Under the pieces are notes generated by a model. The model ran no database searches, was not told where the DNA came from, and was given only the letters and a program-made list of their open reading frames with translations. Of a DNA stretch of 64,000 bases, positions 24,580-36,317 are shown one piece after another (position 1 is the first letter of the stretch; each line of letters begins with the position of its first letter). Source of the DNA: Phoronis australis. Taxonomy: Eukaryota > Animalia > Phoronida. The DNA is taken from positions 403,612 through 467,611 of the forward strand of contig NMRA01000103.1 of NCBI GenBank assembly GCA_002633005.1. Direction: 5' to 3'. A program made the translations under genes and the position numbers.

Positions 24580-26086
24580 TCTTGTTTTAACTGTGATAAC
24601 TATACATTTTAGTTCATATAATTAGCTATCACATGCCAAATATTATCCACTAAGCGATGGAAGGTGCAGTGGTTTTGAACTCGGAAAAATGACGCAACTT
24701 ACAAATAAATCATAGTGCATACATTTATTACCTGCAGAACATAACAAAACCCTTAACATACTCATAATCATTAATCTGAGACACACTAGTTTCCATAATG
24801 CCTGAGCCCCGCAATTGCTTATCAGGAGCGTATAATCGTTAAACTGTATGGTTCTGGTCCGCGCCCAATTAAGTCTGAAACTAGCACCTCACAACTGACC
24901 ACAAGTGCTGTTGGGTAAAAACAAACCCCGACACGTTATTTAACAAGCATTAGCCGATGCAGCGGATAAAAACGATCTATTTCAAGTGACATGAGGTGAC
25001 TTTCTTTTTAAATCTATGTGCAACTAAAAACAGCATGTCACCATTTTTACAATTTTTTTAAATAAAGACAGACCAGAACCAGTTACCTATTTTCTTCGAT
25101 CCAATACAATTGTGCAGTTCCCTAGACTCAAGAATTTTGCCAGAAAAGCCAATGTGATCAGGTGCTCGGCTTGTAAAGAATGGCGACATCTCGCGCAATC
25201 TTGAGTACACGAAACGCAGCCCCGGCAGTCCACTCGACACGCAAATATCTGCTAAAGTGCATAGTCACTCAACAAACACACACCAATGATTGACAAGGGG
25301 TACGATGGAATGGTGTTAAAATGAAAATTCTATAACCGCTTTATCGCGTTGTCATGTAGTCTAGAACTGGAATGTTTTACCCCGCTTTAAAGCCTCGATA
25401 CACTATCACACAATTTCAATAAAGTCACTTTACTATTCAAACGATAAGAACAGCGTAGCCACGAGGAGGGTGGGGCACAACGGACCCATGACCCCCTACT
25501 CATTACAAAACAGTCTTTCCCAAGACCCAAAGCACCTTTAAAAGACACTAATCTATGTTTTAGCCTATTAACAAACATTAAACCAGGACTAAATCACTAA
25601 GTTTTGGGAACAAAAAATATTTAAGCAGTGGCGTGTACACTGTCTGCGCTGGGGCAACATGACGCACGATGTCACCTCACCCAACCTCATCCAAACGGGA
25701 CGTAGAGCAACTTGATCCAGAATAACTTAGCGGGCAAGGTGGAAGAAATTACCAGTTTCCCACTTGCTCACCCACATGGAAGTCTAATCCTTTTACAACA
25801 TATCTGTCAGGATGTGCTGGGATGCTTGGCTGACTGGGGGAGAAGTTGCTCTAGGGCAACTTGCTCCAGGTTAACTGGTTTTTACATCAGGGGCAGTGCA
25901 GGTCATGCAATGGTGACAAAATAAATTTTGGGTGAAATTCCTAAGACATGGTTTTAGTAAACTTTTATGAAACTTGTAATAGCTATAAACCAAATTTCTT
26001 CAAAAAAGTGAATTTTTACTTTAGATCACTGGCTTCAATAAAATTAGCTTCAACTCCTTCCTAACTCAGGTGAGAAATGACTCCAG

Positions 26087-26330
26087 GTGCCTGTTCCAAG
26101 AAACTGACTTTCATTTTTGACTCGAGTCTGAAATATGTCTCAACTTCCAAACTTAGAAAATTCCACATCAGGTAAGACAATCAAAATCAAGAAAAAAATA
26201 AAGTCAAATGCTTAAGTCAAATTTAAGATCTCTTTCTTGAAACCATCTGGAGACAAATTTAAGTTTTTTTTTAAAATTAACTGAAATTTAAGATTTGTCT
26301 TAGCTCAGTCAGTTTTCTTGAAATGGGCCC
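26087..26330. mobile_element. Harbinger-like MITE with CAG target duplication
   Basis: TIR GTGCCTGTTCCAAGAAACTGACT vs reverse complement GGGCCCATTTCAAGAAAACTGACT; CAG on both sides. Confidence 0.55.
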
Positions 26331-26375
26331 CAGGGCTGAAAAAACTGACAGTTTACTATTCCCATAGCCCCTGCT

Positions 26376-26501
26376 CAGACTAGGCATGCCACGACAAGCC
26401 AGCTTGTACAGCTTGATCTCACAATAACCACATATCCTCAGACTATGCATGCCACCACACTCCACCTTGTACAGCTTGATCTCACAGTAGCCATATATCC
26501 T
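26376..26501. repeat. Two diverged tandem copies of a 63-bp unit
   Basis: cagacta.gcatgccac…ttgtacagcttgatctcaca…atatcct occurs twice. Confidence 0.8.
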
Positions 26502-27114
26502 TCCTTCTTTCAAAGCCCTGGTATCACCTCAAATTTGACTAAGAAACAATTTGGGACAAGAAATCAAAAGTTTGCTTTCCTGATGTAAGACCGGCTTCTT
26601 GTGCTATTAAACAGACTACCGGTAATCTGCCAATGTGCTTTTAAGTTCACATTCACTTCAAGAGAAACTATGGAGTGTTTACAGCATTTCGCTTGACAAT
26701 AACGCCCAAAGTAGATATGTCATCAACATACTAAACTATACACCTGTTCACTAAGTACAGTACATCTTCTTCAGGACAAGTACAGCAGATTTAGCCTACA
26801 CAGACTTTTAGCATAAAACAGACAGACAGACGGACACACCCCGAAGTACACAGCAAACATCAACTAATTGCAAATATCAAAACTTTTTGTCCACAACCTG
26901 GGCAGAGAGGGAATTATGGATGGTAGTTGGCAGGAATTAGGTCTCAATGATGTCTATTCATTTAGGATAGGATCTTGTGATTAGAAGACAAAATAATTGT
27001 TCCAAGGAGAAGTGATCCCCAGTTCTCAACACCATGGCATCTGAAGCAGCATTCAGATACTATAATCCTGCTCCGTGGGATTACCTCCATCAACAAGCAT
27101 ACCATCACTACCAA

Positions 27115-28824
27115 TCACACCACTTCTGGTTGTTCCGGGACAGCAACAACCCATTCTTTCTGTTCGTCTTTTGGCAGTAAATGGTGTCCTATAACTGAGC
27201 CTTTGGCGGGCACAGTCACGGTACAGTCGAGTGATACGTTACTCACCACATTCTTGCACTTACTGCAGTCTAGTTTCACAACCGTTTTACTAGAAGATTG
27301 ATTCTGCATGACAATCGATGTGCGGTAGTCGTTCTGATACACATACATAGACAAATCTTTTGCACCCTTCACTTTCGTGCATTCCCCTTTGCTCTCTATT
27401 GACTCACACACGGCAGAGTTCACAAGCGAAGCACCACCCTCGACAGATTTGACCTTGAGCAGGGGTGAACTTACACCGTTCTCCACAAAAACATCTAACA
27501 CGAACACGCAAGCCTCGTCCAATTCCAAGCTTCTGTTGAAGCCCATGCTGGTCAAGGTCACCCAGAGGTCATCGCTATCACCATCATTGTCTTCAGCCTC
27601 CATCTGGTTCAATTGAATGAACCCTTTCTTTGTCAACTCACCATCCTTCAGTTCAATGTTTTCCTCCACAACTGCCCATTCATCATCAGCCACTTCCTCT
27701 CCGCTAGTCCGCAGATTAAACCAATTGAATTCATCCCTGCTCAGTGTACCATTGTCATCCAAGTCAGCCATGTCAAAAATGGCTGACAGGGCATCTTTGA
27801 ATGCTTTTGTCAGCACAACGTTGTCATCTTTGTCTTTCTTCACCAACTTGGTCTCGGTTTTTGTTTCCGTTTTCCGCCGGTGAAGGCGGCAGCCACTGGT
27901 GAATGGTAGGAGAGTGTACGTGCCTTTGTCAAGGTCTGTACGCACAGAGAATGCTCCTTTGCTGTCTCGCTGCTCCGTGAATGTCACCACACGCTTGGTA
28001 TCACTGGCATCCCTATCACGCACCACAAACAACGCCATGTCAACAGGCGGCAGGTCACCCTCTGCTGAAGGCTGCGATGGAGATATCTTGAGCCAGACAT
28101 TAGAATCCTGCTTCAATGTCAGCGTGTAAAGGTGGGAGCTGATGGCTCCCTTGTCCTCCACATGAAAACAGCCCTTGGAGTACAAATGGGACCATCTGGA
28201 CAATGTTCTTGGTTCCTGCACAGACGGTTTTATATCAGCCACAGGGGAATGCGAGACCATGTTGGTTAAACGCTTCACTCTTGGTGAAGGTTTGGGAACT
28301 TCTTTTGGCTGGTCGCTAGTTCTATCACGTGACCTCGGGCTTTTATCCCGAGGACTGGGATCTCGTTCCCTTCCTGAAGAAGGCCGCTTCACTTTCCTTT
28401 TTTCTCGTCTTTCTAGACGATCCATTGCTGACTTTTTACTTTTGTTTGTTGTCGACAGTATCATGGCACTGAACTCCTTGTAATCAAGTTTACCATCTTT
28501 ATCTGTGTCAACCTCGTCAATCATTGCTTTGACTTCATCACGTGACATTCTTTCACCTCTGGTTGTCATTACACGACACAATTCTTCATGAGTGATAAAT
28601 CCATCACCATTCGAGTCAATTTTACGAAATGCTTTAACAAGCCCGTCCTCTGTAGTCAGAGGTTCTGACTTACAAATCTGACAGAACTCATCGAACGTTA
28701 TCTCGACCTTAGACTTTGTCCAGTATTTGTCCAGGACTTTTCTGGTTGGGTTACGGCCAGTTTGCTGTAGAGCTAACTCTAGCTGATGCCGACTGGTAAG
28801 ACGATCACTGATGTCGTCTGCAAC
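27115..28824 (-). CDS. EFCAB7: EF-hand calcium-binding domain-containing protein 7, coding exon 2 (569 aa)
   Basis: Colinear hallmark motifs of EFCAB7: LALQQTGRNP..K..KYW, EF-hands DSNGDG/DTDKDG/DLDDNG, RGERMS.DEV, SKGCF, P.TSGCRL, LRTSGE, DLWVTL.SMGFN. Acceptor ttgttacag at 28825. Confidence 0.95.
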   Translation of the reverse strand, partial: VADDISDRLTSRHQLELALQQTGRNPTRKVLDKYWTKSKVEITFDEFCQICKSEPLTTEDGLVKAFRKIDSNGDGFITHEELCRVMTTRGERMSRDEVKAMIDEVDTDKDGKLDYKEFSAMILSTTNKSKKSAMDRLERREKRKVKRPSSGRERDPSPRDKSPRSRDRTSDQPKEVPKPSPRVKRLTNMVSHSPVADIKPSVQEPRTLSRWSHLYSKGCFHVEDKGAISSHLYTLTLKQDSNVWLKISPSQPSAEGDLPPVDMALFVVRDRDASDTKRVVTFTEQRDSKGAFSVRTDLDKGTYTLLPFTSGCRLHRRKTETKTETKLVKKDKDDNVVLTKAFKDALSAIFDMADLDDNGTLSRDEFNWFNLRTSGEEVADDEWAVVEENIELKDGELTKKGFIQLNQMEAEDNDGDSDDLWVTLTSMGFNRSLELDEACVFVLDVFVENGVSSPLLKVKSVEGGASLVNSAVCESIESKGECTKVKGAKDLSMYVYQNDYRTSIVMQNQSSSKTVVKLDCSKCKNVVSNVSLDCTVTVPAKGSVIGHHLLPKDEQKEWVVAVPEQPEVV

Positions 28825-30600
28825 CTGTAACAAAGAGAAAACTTCGTAGCAATGGATGAGACCGAGATAGCAACAGAAGATTATAACGAAGGTGCATCTG
28901 ATTTAGCTGCTGTACTACTAGTGTAACAACAGCATCCCTTTGCTGTTTTCCGGAATTTCGCTGAAGCAGTCACATGTATCAACTAGCTGCAAACTTTTAA
29001 TATAAAAATATAGGAAACAATTATTGTATATCCGTTCATGCGCTTAGTGTTCTCACATTTTGAAGTGCTGCCATCTCGTAGCACGTAAGTTTCTAGTTAG
29101 CAACACCATGTGAAGACAATACATTTCACAGACAAATAGATGGCATGTTTGCCAGTGCATTTTTGTAAGTTAAGATATACAAGTTCTTTCACAAAATCTG
29201 AGACACATCTGTATCCAAAAGTGCATATTAGTGTGGTATGTTTAACAGTATATTCTGACAAGGAGTCTAGTTTTTTGAAGTTTTGAATTTTTAAAGTCAA
29301 GTCATCTCTATTCTGATGTTACGTCATTTTTTTAAATTCTAAAAGGTGATATGCTAGACGAGGAAAATGATGTCAAGTGCACAATTTTCTTGATCAGTTT
29401 TACTGAACCCCCATCAATGTGCTACACTGCGATGTACACTTAAAGCACTTAGACACGTAAGTCTATACAGAACTTCAATTTTTTTCTAAGTAAACTACAT
29501 CAGCGGCTTTCTGGCTTTTTACACTGCAGCAATACCAATTGTTCCTTAAGTGTCTGGTACAGTATATTAAGGCTCTTCCATAGGACTGAAGGCGTTGATA
29601 ATGTGTACAGGGACGGGTGGTGCAACCCTGGCAGCCAAGTTTCAAGCACCAGAGAACTCTGGCAGACCATAAATGTAGTGCACTATAGTGATAGGCTTTC
29701 TGCTGAGGTCATGAAGATCGACCATGATGTGATTTTAAAATTTAAATGCTATAGACATGCCCAATGATACAGAACAGAAATGGCTCAGTTGCCAATTTGG
29801 GTAACTGAATAAAGGACTGTTAAACGCACAGGTGTAAAAATGGCAAATTATCGATTTGGGTAACTGAACGAAGGACTGCTTGAAAAAAAGTTTGATTATA
29901 TAAGGAAATACTTGTTCGAGTTGAAAGGAATTAAAGACATCGACAGCCTTCTAAGGTTTCCTTCTATGCGCAAAAGGTGTTTATAGCAACGTGACTTTGA
30001 TGCTTTAATCTGTGTGACCAAGGACCCAATCTCATATTGATTCCTAGGTGTGAGGCATAATTTGCCAAAAAGCTTATAGAGTATGAAGAGCTTATGGAAG
30101 TATCGCCATCTCTACTGATAAGTAAAAGCGGTGGTACTGGCTTTAAGGTTTCAACATGAGTCAGCCGCAAAGTAGATGTATGGAATTTCCGTTAGCCTCA
30201 TAGCATACGAGTTGTGCTCTAAAACGTTCGTGACATACTCAGTAAGCTCCCGTGATTTCGTCTTGCTACAGTAATAAAAAAACAAATCTAACAGTCTAAG
30301 CTTTAGAATTAAAAACCGGACGATCGCCGCACAAACGAAGAAGTATGTTGGCACTTGTTGTCCTGTGTAAATATCCTGTTGATGTCTAACGAATAGACGA
30401 AACATTGATTTAATTATCATGAACTTCTTCATTTGTGCGGGGATCGTTGGGTTCTTAATCTTACTGTGGCCAAGAACTGATTTAACTAAGCTTTAGGGTG
30501 TCTAAATCATAGTCTAAATCAGTAAATGAGTAAATGGTCACTTTTGATTGTCCACGATTTTGATAACACACTATCACTAGTAAACAAGGAACGACAGTGG

Positions 30601-31091
30601 CAAGGTACCTAAACAACACGGTTAACGGACTCATAGTCATAAACAAGGTCACAGACGCATGAACACGACTCACGTACCTGCAAACACTGTTCACTGACTA
30701 ACACGGGAACGGACTCAAAAACACGATCCATCCACCGAAATACACGGGACACGGACTCACATTCACGAAGAAACACGGTTAATGGACGGCCAAACACGGT
30801 TTACGAACAAAATGTATTGTGACAGCTGACCCAGGAAGCCGATGAGTCCATGACCCGTGTTTATGGCATGCTTTATTGGAGTGAACCATGTTTGGCAGTC
30901 CGTTAACCGTGTTTCTTCGTGAATGTGAGTCCCTATCCCGTGTATTTTGGTGAATGTATCGTTTTTGGTTGTTCGTTCCCGTGTTTGTGAGTCAGTGAAC
31001 GGTGTTTGCAGGTACGTGAGTCGTGTTCATGCGTCCGTGACCGTGTTTATGACTATGATGAGTCCGTTAACAGAGTACTTTATGTACCTTG
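30601..31091. mobile_element. Foldback MITE with ~200-bp inverted arms and a 5-bp TSD (AGTGG), in the EFCAB7 intron
   Basis: CAAGGTAC…GTACCTTG ends; arms visibly reverse-complementary; AGTGG on both flanks. Confidence 0.85.
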
Positions 31092-31230
31092 AGTGGGCTT
31101 ACGAGCTACAATGTGAAGTGTGAATCCCTAAGTGACATTATCACGCTGATCCCGAGTATCTATGCTGCCCCTCAGGCTCATATATGCTTAGCAACTTGTC
31201 CTAATCAACTAATTTCGGCCTGCTACTCAC

Positions 31231-31359
31231 GCTGATGTATGCCGCTTTACATTCGTGAACAAACGACTCATCTTGACTGTGAATTGAGCGTTCTAGACTT
31301 TCAGACGGACGTTCCTTAGATGGACGGTTCTGAGATCTCGGTGTGGACGATCGCGACAT
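31231..31359 (-). CDS. EFCAB7: EFCAB7 coding exon 1 (MSRSSTPRSQ…DESFVHECKAAYIS, 43 aa)
   Basis: F..ECKAAY matches the EFCAB7 N-terminal FYMNCRAAY; accATG start; phase-0 GTGAGT donor joins in frame to VADD. Total 612 aa. Confidence 0.9.
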
Positions 31360-31660
31360 GGTTATAACGTCGATCTACTTAGTAGGCCTTCGACTTCGTC
31401 TTACGAGGTATTCCGATTTTGTAACGCTGTCAACGAATAAAGATTAGCTCCGTTGACGCAAGAATATGACGAGTAAAACTCGTTTGATCACGTGCTCTAT
31501 TTGTAAGTCGGAGTAATATCTCGCGAATATTTGCGTGATTTTGACAATTTGTGAGTGTGCGAAAAGCAAACATATCCCTATTCTGAGCATGCGCACTACT
31601 GTTCGTCTTCTAAACATTTTGTACCCTCTGACACAGCGCCACCTATACTGAAAAGTAACT
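31360..31660. promoter_or_regulatory. Probable bidirectional CpG-rich promoter for EFCAB7 (-) and the Ig receptor (+)
   Basis: CpG-rich stretch just upstream of the EFCAB7 ATG; + strand donors GTAAGT (31503) and GTGAGT (31551); motifs CACGTG, TCTCGCGA, GCATGCGCA, CAGCGCCACCTA. Confidence 0.5.
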
Positions 31661-32687
31661 TTCGTTTAGCACTGTGATAGAGTGATAAACATTTTGCTTC
31701 CTGGTTTAGAAAATGTTCAGCAACGTTGAGATGCGCTTCGATGACGCAAGCCTTGGTTTGCAAGAATGCGGAGTTGTTCATTTGAAGAATTGACGATGAT
31801 TGCTTAAACGTGTGACCATACCCAAAAACGAAAATCGTGTTTTGTTGTGCCCTGCTAAGGGCGAGTTTCGAATCGGGCATGCAGGTTCGGCTAGTTACAG
31901 TGTTAATGACTTTTGTTTCATGTATTGGATCGGTATTGTGTTGGCGGACCACAGGTTAGTAACCATTGTAGTGAAAAATCTCCTTGTCCAAGTTTCAAAT
32001 TCAATACTTCTTGCTTCAATTCCAGGTGTCCTACTAGTCGACCAAAGAGCAATTGCCCGTAGGGCCGTAGGCGAGTGATATGACGCCTGACGGTCTATAC
32101 ATTGTAATGATTGTATCAACTACACTCACTGCAGATTTACCACACTCTTCCCCATCCAATGACGTCAATGACAATGATTAGGGGTCACGTCGCTGGTCAA
32201 TCAACATCAGATGGGCCTCCTCTACATATACCTCCACCTTATCCAATGGCTTTTATCAAACTCAGCGGGCTGTGTGGTCCCTTGCTGCCGTCGTGAATAT
32301 GTAACGTTGTTGGGTGCCAATGTATATCACCTACAGTCCAAGTTTCGAACTTGGTACCTCTTGCTTCAATGCCAGGCATCCTAGCTAGTCGACCAAAGAG
32401 CAATTTATCGTAGGGGAGTGATTAAGAGAAGTCTATATATTACTACACTGACTACAGATTCACCACACCATTTAGTTGCTTGGGACGACAATTTACAGAC
32501 AGCAAGTTACCTATATTTTGTTAACGTTTGTGTGAAAACATATGCAAATAGACCAACTTTCCTGTTTGATGTTCTTTAGTCCTAAATTTACTCTTTCACT
32601 TCTATAAGTGTGGTGAACTCCTCCAACCTGGCTTTACAGGGCAAGGGAACTCACCATGCTCTGCTCCATCAGAGGGTTCTCCATACT

Positions 32688-32835
32688 GTATAAGAGTCAA
32701 TAAATCTATTACTGGACTTACGGTACGTGGACATTGGCTACGTTGCGTCCTCCTCTCGAGGACTTCATCAGGAGGACGCAACGTAGCCATCTCCACGTAC
32801 CGTAAGTCCAGTAATAGATTTATTGACTCTTATAC
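32688..32835. repeat. Near-perfect 148-bp hairpin (~66-bp arms, 15-nt loop) followed by (TA)n to 32880
   Basis: GTATAAGAGTCAATAAATCTATTACTGGACTTACGGTACGTGG… is mirrored with only a small internal mismatch. Confidence 0.9.
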
Positions 32836-32848
32836 TATATACATATAC

Positions 32849-32879
<31 letters not shown>

Positions 32880-33584
32880 TGCAGAGGTTCTCAGTGTTCT
32901 GCTCAAAACGTCCCTAGATGAATGTTGGTTCGCACGAGCAAAACATGTTTTCTTCATTTACCTAAACGAAAGAGACTGAACACACAGGCTCAGCGGACAA
33001 CTCTAATATCACCAGCAGGCCCTTATTGGCCAAAACAATAGACCAATTAGCAACAAGAAGGGTTTACGTAACAACCAATTAGACAATCCTAACAAACCTA
33101 GATCTGAAAGGTCAGAGGTCACAATGTTCACGACACCATCAGTGCTACATTTACTTGGCCCACAAGTTAAAAATTGTCTGTGGTCAGCCATGTTTTGTTA
33201 CGGCCAAGGTCACAAGCTTTTGGTCATGCGACCTATAATTTGAAATATTTAGGACGAGAAACTCAAAGGCAGATATTTCCAGTGGTGTCAAAGTATGTCC
33301 AATCTGTTAATCACTGGTAACTGTTTCTATACACATTGTTTATTACACTTTACGCAGACAAGCAGTTGCATGTATGTACAAGATTATCACCTGTTTGCTT
33401 ACAAAATCCACAGGCAATGTGTTGCTTTTTAGCATAGTTTCTTTAGTGTAAGACTGTGATTTAAGGGTTTGTGAGTTCATATCACTTTGTGTCTTAGCTC
33501 AATTTGGGATTGGTAATTGGATCAAATGTCATTACTAGTAGGTCTTCGTGTTATTTTCAGTTTTCTGTCGCACTACTGGCAGAA

Positions 33585-33654
33585 ATGCAATACCTATGGA
33601 CTGTTACAGTTACTATAATTGTCTCATTCATTGGCCAGCATTGTTTAATCCCTG
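33585..33654 (+). CDS. Ig-superfamily type I receptor, coding exon 1: signal peptide (MQYLWTVTVTIIVSFIGQHCLIP)
   Basis: ttttcag acceptor at 33560, aaaATG, hydrophobic leader, phase-1 G|GTATGT donor compatible with the next exon. Confidence 0.65.
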
Positions 33655-36186
33655 GTATGTAATATAATGCTTGATGGTTTATAACTTGGCAGCCAGTCAC
33701 CAATAGTGAAAAGTGGAAGAGGTAGGCAATATAAGGTAATCTTCAGACTTTTCAGCGCATGTTTGTTTTATGCATTCCTAAATACACATGGAAACATGTC
33801 CTGTCAGTCTTCTTCTGTGTTCATGTCCATGCAGTTGAAATTTTCAGTTCAGTCTTTTGTGAAAAGTCGTCCGTTAATTGGTCTGACACTTTCAGACCTC
33901 ACAGCTGTTTTTGAGGTTGAGAATGAAGCGCCCCTGTCTGGCAAACCACAGAACAAGCACCAAACCCTTGAATAACTATTTGCTTGGCCACGATGGCTAT
34001 AATGCCTGTATGTTTAGTTCTCTTCTGCGGAATGGTGTCTGTGTTAAAAAAAATAATTTCTCATTCGGTTATTTTTCAATCCAACATTTGTACAAATATT
34101 TTCCACCTCATGGTGAACCTGGCTGGTCATTGTCTGATAAATGAAGGCTAATTTTTGCACAAAGTGGGCCATAGTCTCGTGTTATTAGTGTAGTACAGCG
34201 TTCACGATTCACATACAGATCGGAAGACTTATCTGGTATCTGATCTGCTGTCAAGGCCCTTAATATCTCGGTTTTGGAGCCAAGCATTGCCCCCATTCCT
34301 GTTAAAAAAATGCTTAAAAATCATGCAAAATTCGCCTCAAGGTAGAATCATGTTTAACTCACTCAGACATTGAGATTCAGGAGGTTAACTTAAGTTTGAA
34401 AATGCTCACTTCTCAGTCACGCCGTTCCAGTGTTTACAGGCTGGATGAGGAGTGCAGAATCTGCATTACAGAAGTAGGTCTGGTGGTGTGCTTATAGTAT
34501 TGGGCAACGAAGGTCGTCTTGGATTCACCATCTTAAACCCCTGCTGCTGGTCATAGGCTTGTACAATTTCAACACGATGCTGTATGGTCTGCCTGGGTAG
34601 TCTGTTCTAAGTACTGTGTAAGGCAGCTTCAAAATACTAAGAAGCATAAAATATTAGTTTTGGCTACTTGAAGCAGTGCTACACGCAAGGGTAGACTTGG
34701 TGATGACTGGCATGAGTGAAATTGGTGGCAACGGGTTTCCCGTCAGCTGAAAAAAATTACCGTCATTGGAAAAAAGTCCCCTCTCAGAAGGCACTGGCAC
34801 CTTTCCCCTTCAGGGCTTGGAATTTTCCTCTTTTACGAGGATTTTCCTATTTTTTGGTTTCGATTTCCAGTTTCCTCTTTTTCATATCTTTTTTATCTCT
34901 ATTTTGCTTTCACTCATGCAAAAGCGTTTCTTGCAGTTGAATTTTACAGTTGCATATATTGTATTTCTATCATATAAGCCTATTTATTTTTAGAACGATA
35001 CATCACCTGTAATACTTTCTTCTTTTTTGTGATTGGTAATTCCAAGCCCAGCCTCTTATGGGAATTAGGGCCCTGTCCATTTGAAACAAATTCTCTTATG
35101 AATCCTGATCACATGTCCGTTTTACTGTCTTATCGTCTGCTCTCAAATCACAGATCTGCAATCTTATTGTGAGAAATTTTGGGATCATATGGTGCAGAAT
35201 GGTGGTTCAAACAAACGTCTTGTTTTTCTTCGGCAACTCTTATCGTAACTGCATGTTTGGTATGGGCTTGAAAGGTGATTTGCTCAGGAATTTTTGTCCA
35301 TCCCGAGTAGTTGAGCAGGCTACTCGGGATCAGGTCCTGCACAAAGACAGTACGTTATGACTTGCGATTTATGAATGTTAGCTTTTTTGCTCAGTAAGGT
35401 TACTATAGCATGCTTTTTACCTGTAAGATGGCAGTTGGGGTGCGTTGTGAATGCTAATTTTAGGTGGCTGATCCCCATCAGACTAGAATGAAATGCTACT
35501 GTGGCTTCGCCAGATCACACCTCGTCCTTACCATGAACCATCAAATTGAAACCAAGGATGAAAGCTGCAATTCATCTTGTTCATCTGGCAAATAAAAGAA
35601 AATTAAGTCGCTCCTTTTACTCTCGTAAAATTAGTCTCCAGATATTCTTTACTGTGATAGCATTCTGTAGAAACATGAAAGTAGCAAGCGACTCGAGAAA
35701 TCACTTCAAAGTTTACTCAGTCTGGCCAGCTCCGAAATTGGGAATTGAAAAATTATTCGAGTTGCTGGCTTATTGGATGAACGTGGTAAAGTTTTTAAGC
35801 CCCAAAGCATTTCAGTTAATAATTCTACATCGACTAACTAAATAAACTGTTTAGGTGTTAACGGTTACCAACACTTGTTTGTAGACATTTGTAATATTTA
35901 GCATCTAAGGCTTAATATTTCTTGTTGATGCTGTTCATGCATTCATGGTCAACCAACCTTAAGTCTTGTATTGGATTGTAGAACCACCATGTCATCTTAT
36001 CATGCTACCAGGGTATGTATGACCTACAAGACTGTAATTTGGTCTGTGAAATGTGATGAGAAATTATAGCTGGCATGAATGTTACCCAAACAAAACAGTA
36101 GTGTTATAGGCAGTCAATTGCTTTGGAAAACTTGTTCAGGAGCAGATTTTATTTTTTGTGTATAACACCAGTACTTGTGATTTCAG

Positions 36187-36317
36187 AATGCGGTGATTCA
36201 AGCTGTGATATTGAAGAACAGTTCACGAAACCTGACAAAATTCGTGATGGAAGATTTCAAGCTGTCATTGGAGAGAGTGTCTCTCTGGGATGTTTGGCAA
36301 AGGACTATTCAAATCTG
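36187..36317 (+). CDS. Ig receptor exon 2: first half of Ig domain 1 (…AVIGESVSLGC…)
   Basis: tttcag acceptor; Ig A'/B-strand motif GESVSL.C; phase-0 donor CTG|GTATAA. Confidence 0.75.

Noticed and set aside
27377-28483. + strand ORFs over EFCAB7, and - strand ORFs over 17901-19239 and 48870-49478
   Set aside because: Antisense shadows of real exons.
28825-28833. ORF-track start MLQ for EFCAB7
   Set aside because: The TTG start is part of the intron acceptor; the true ATG is at 31359.
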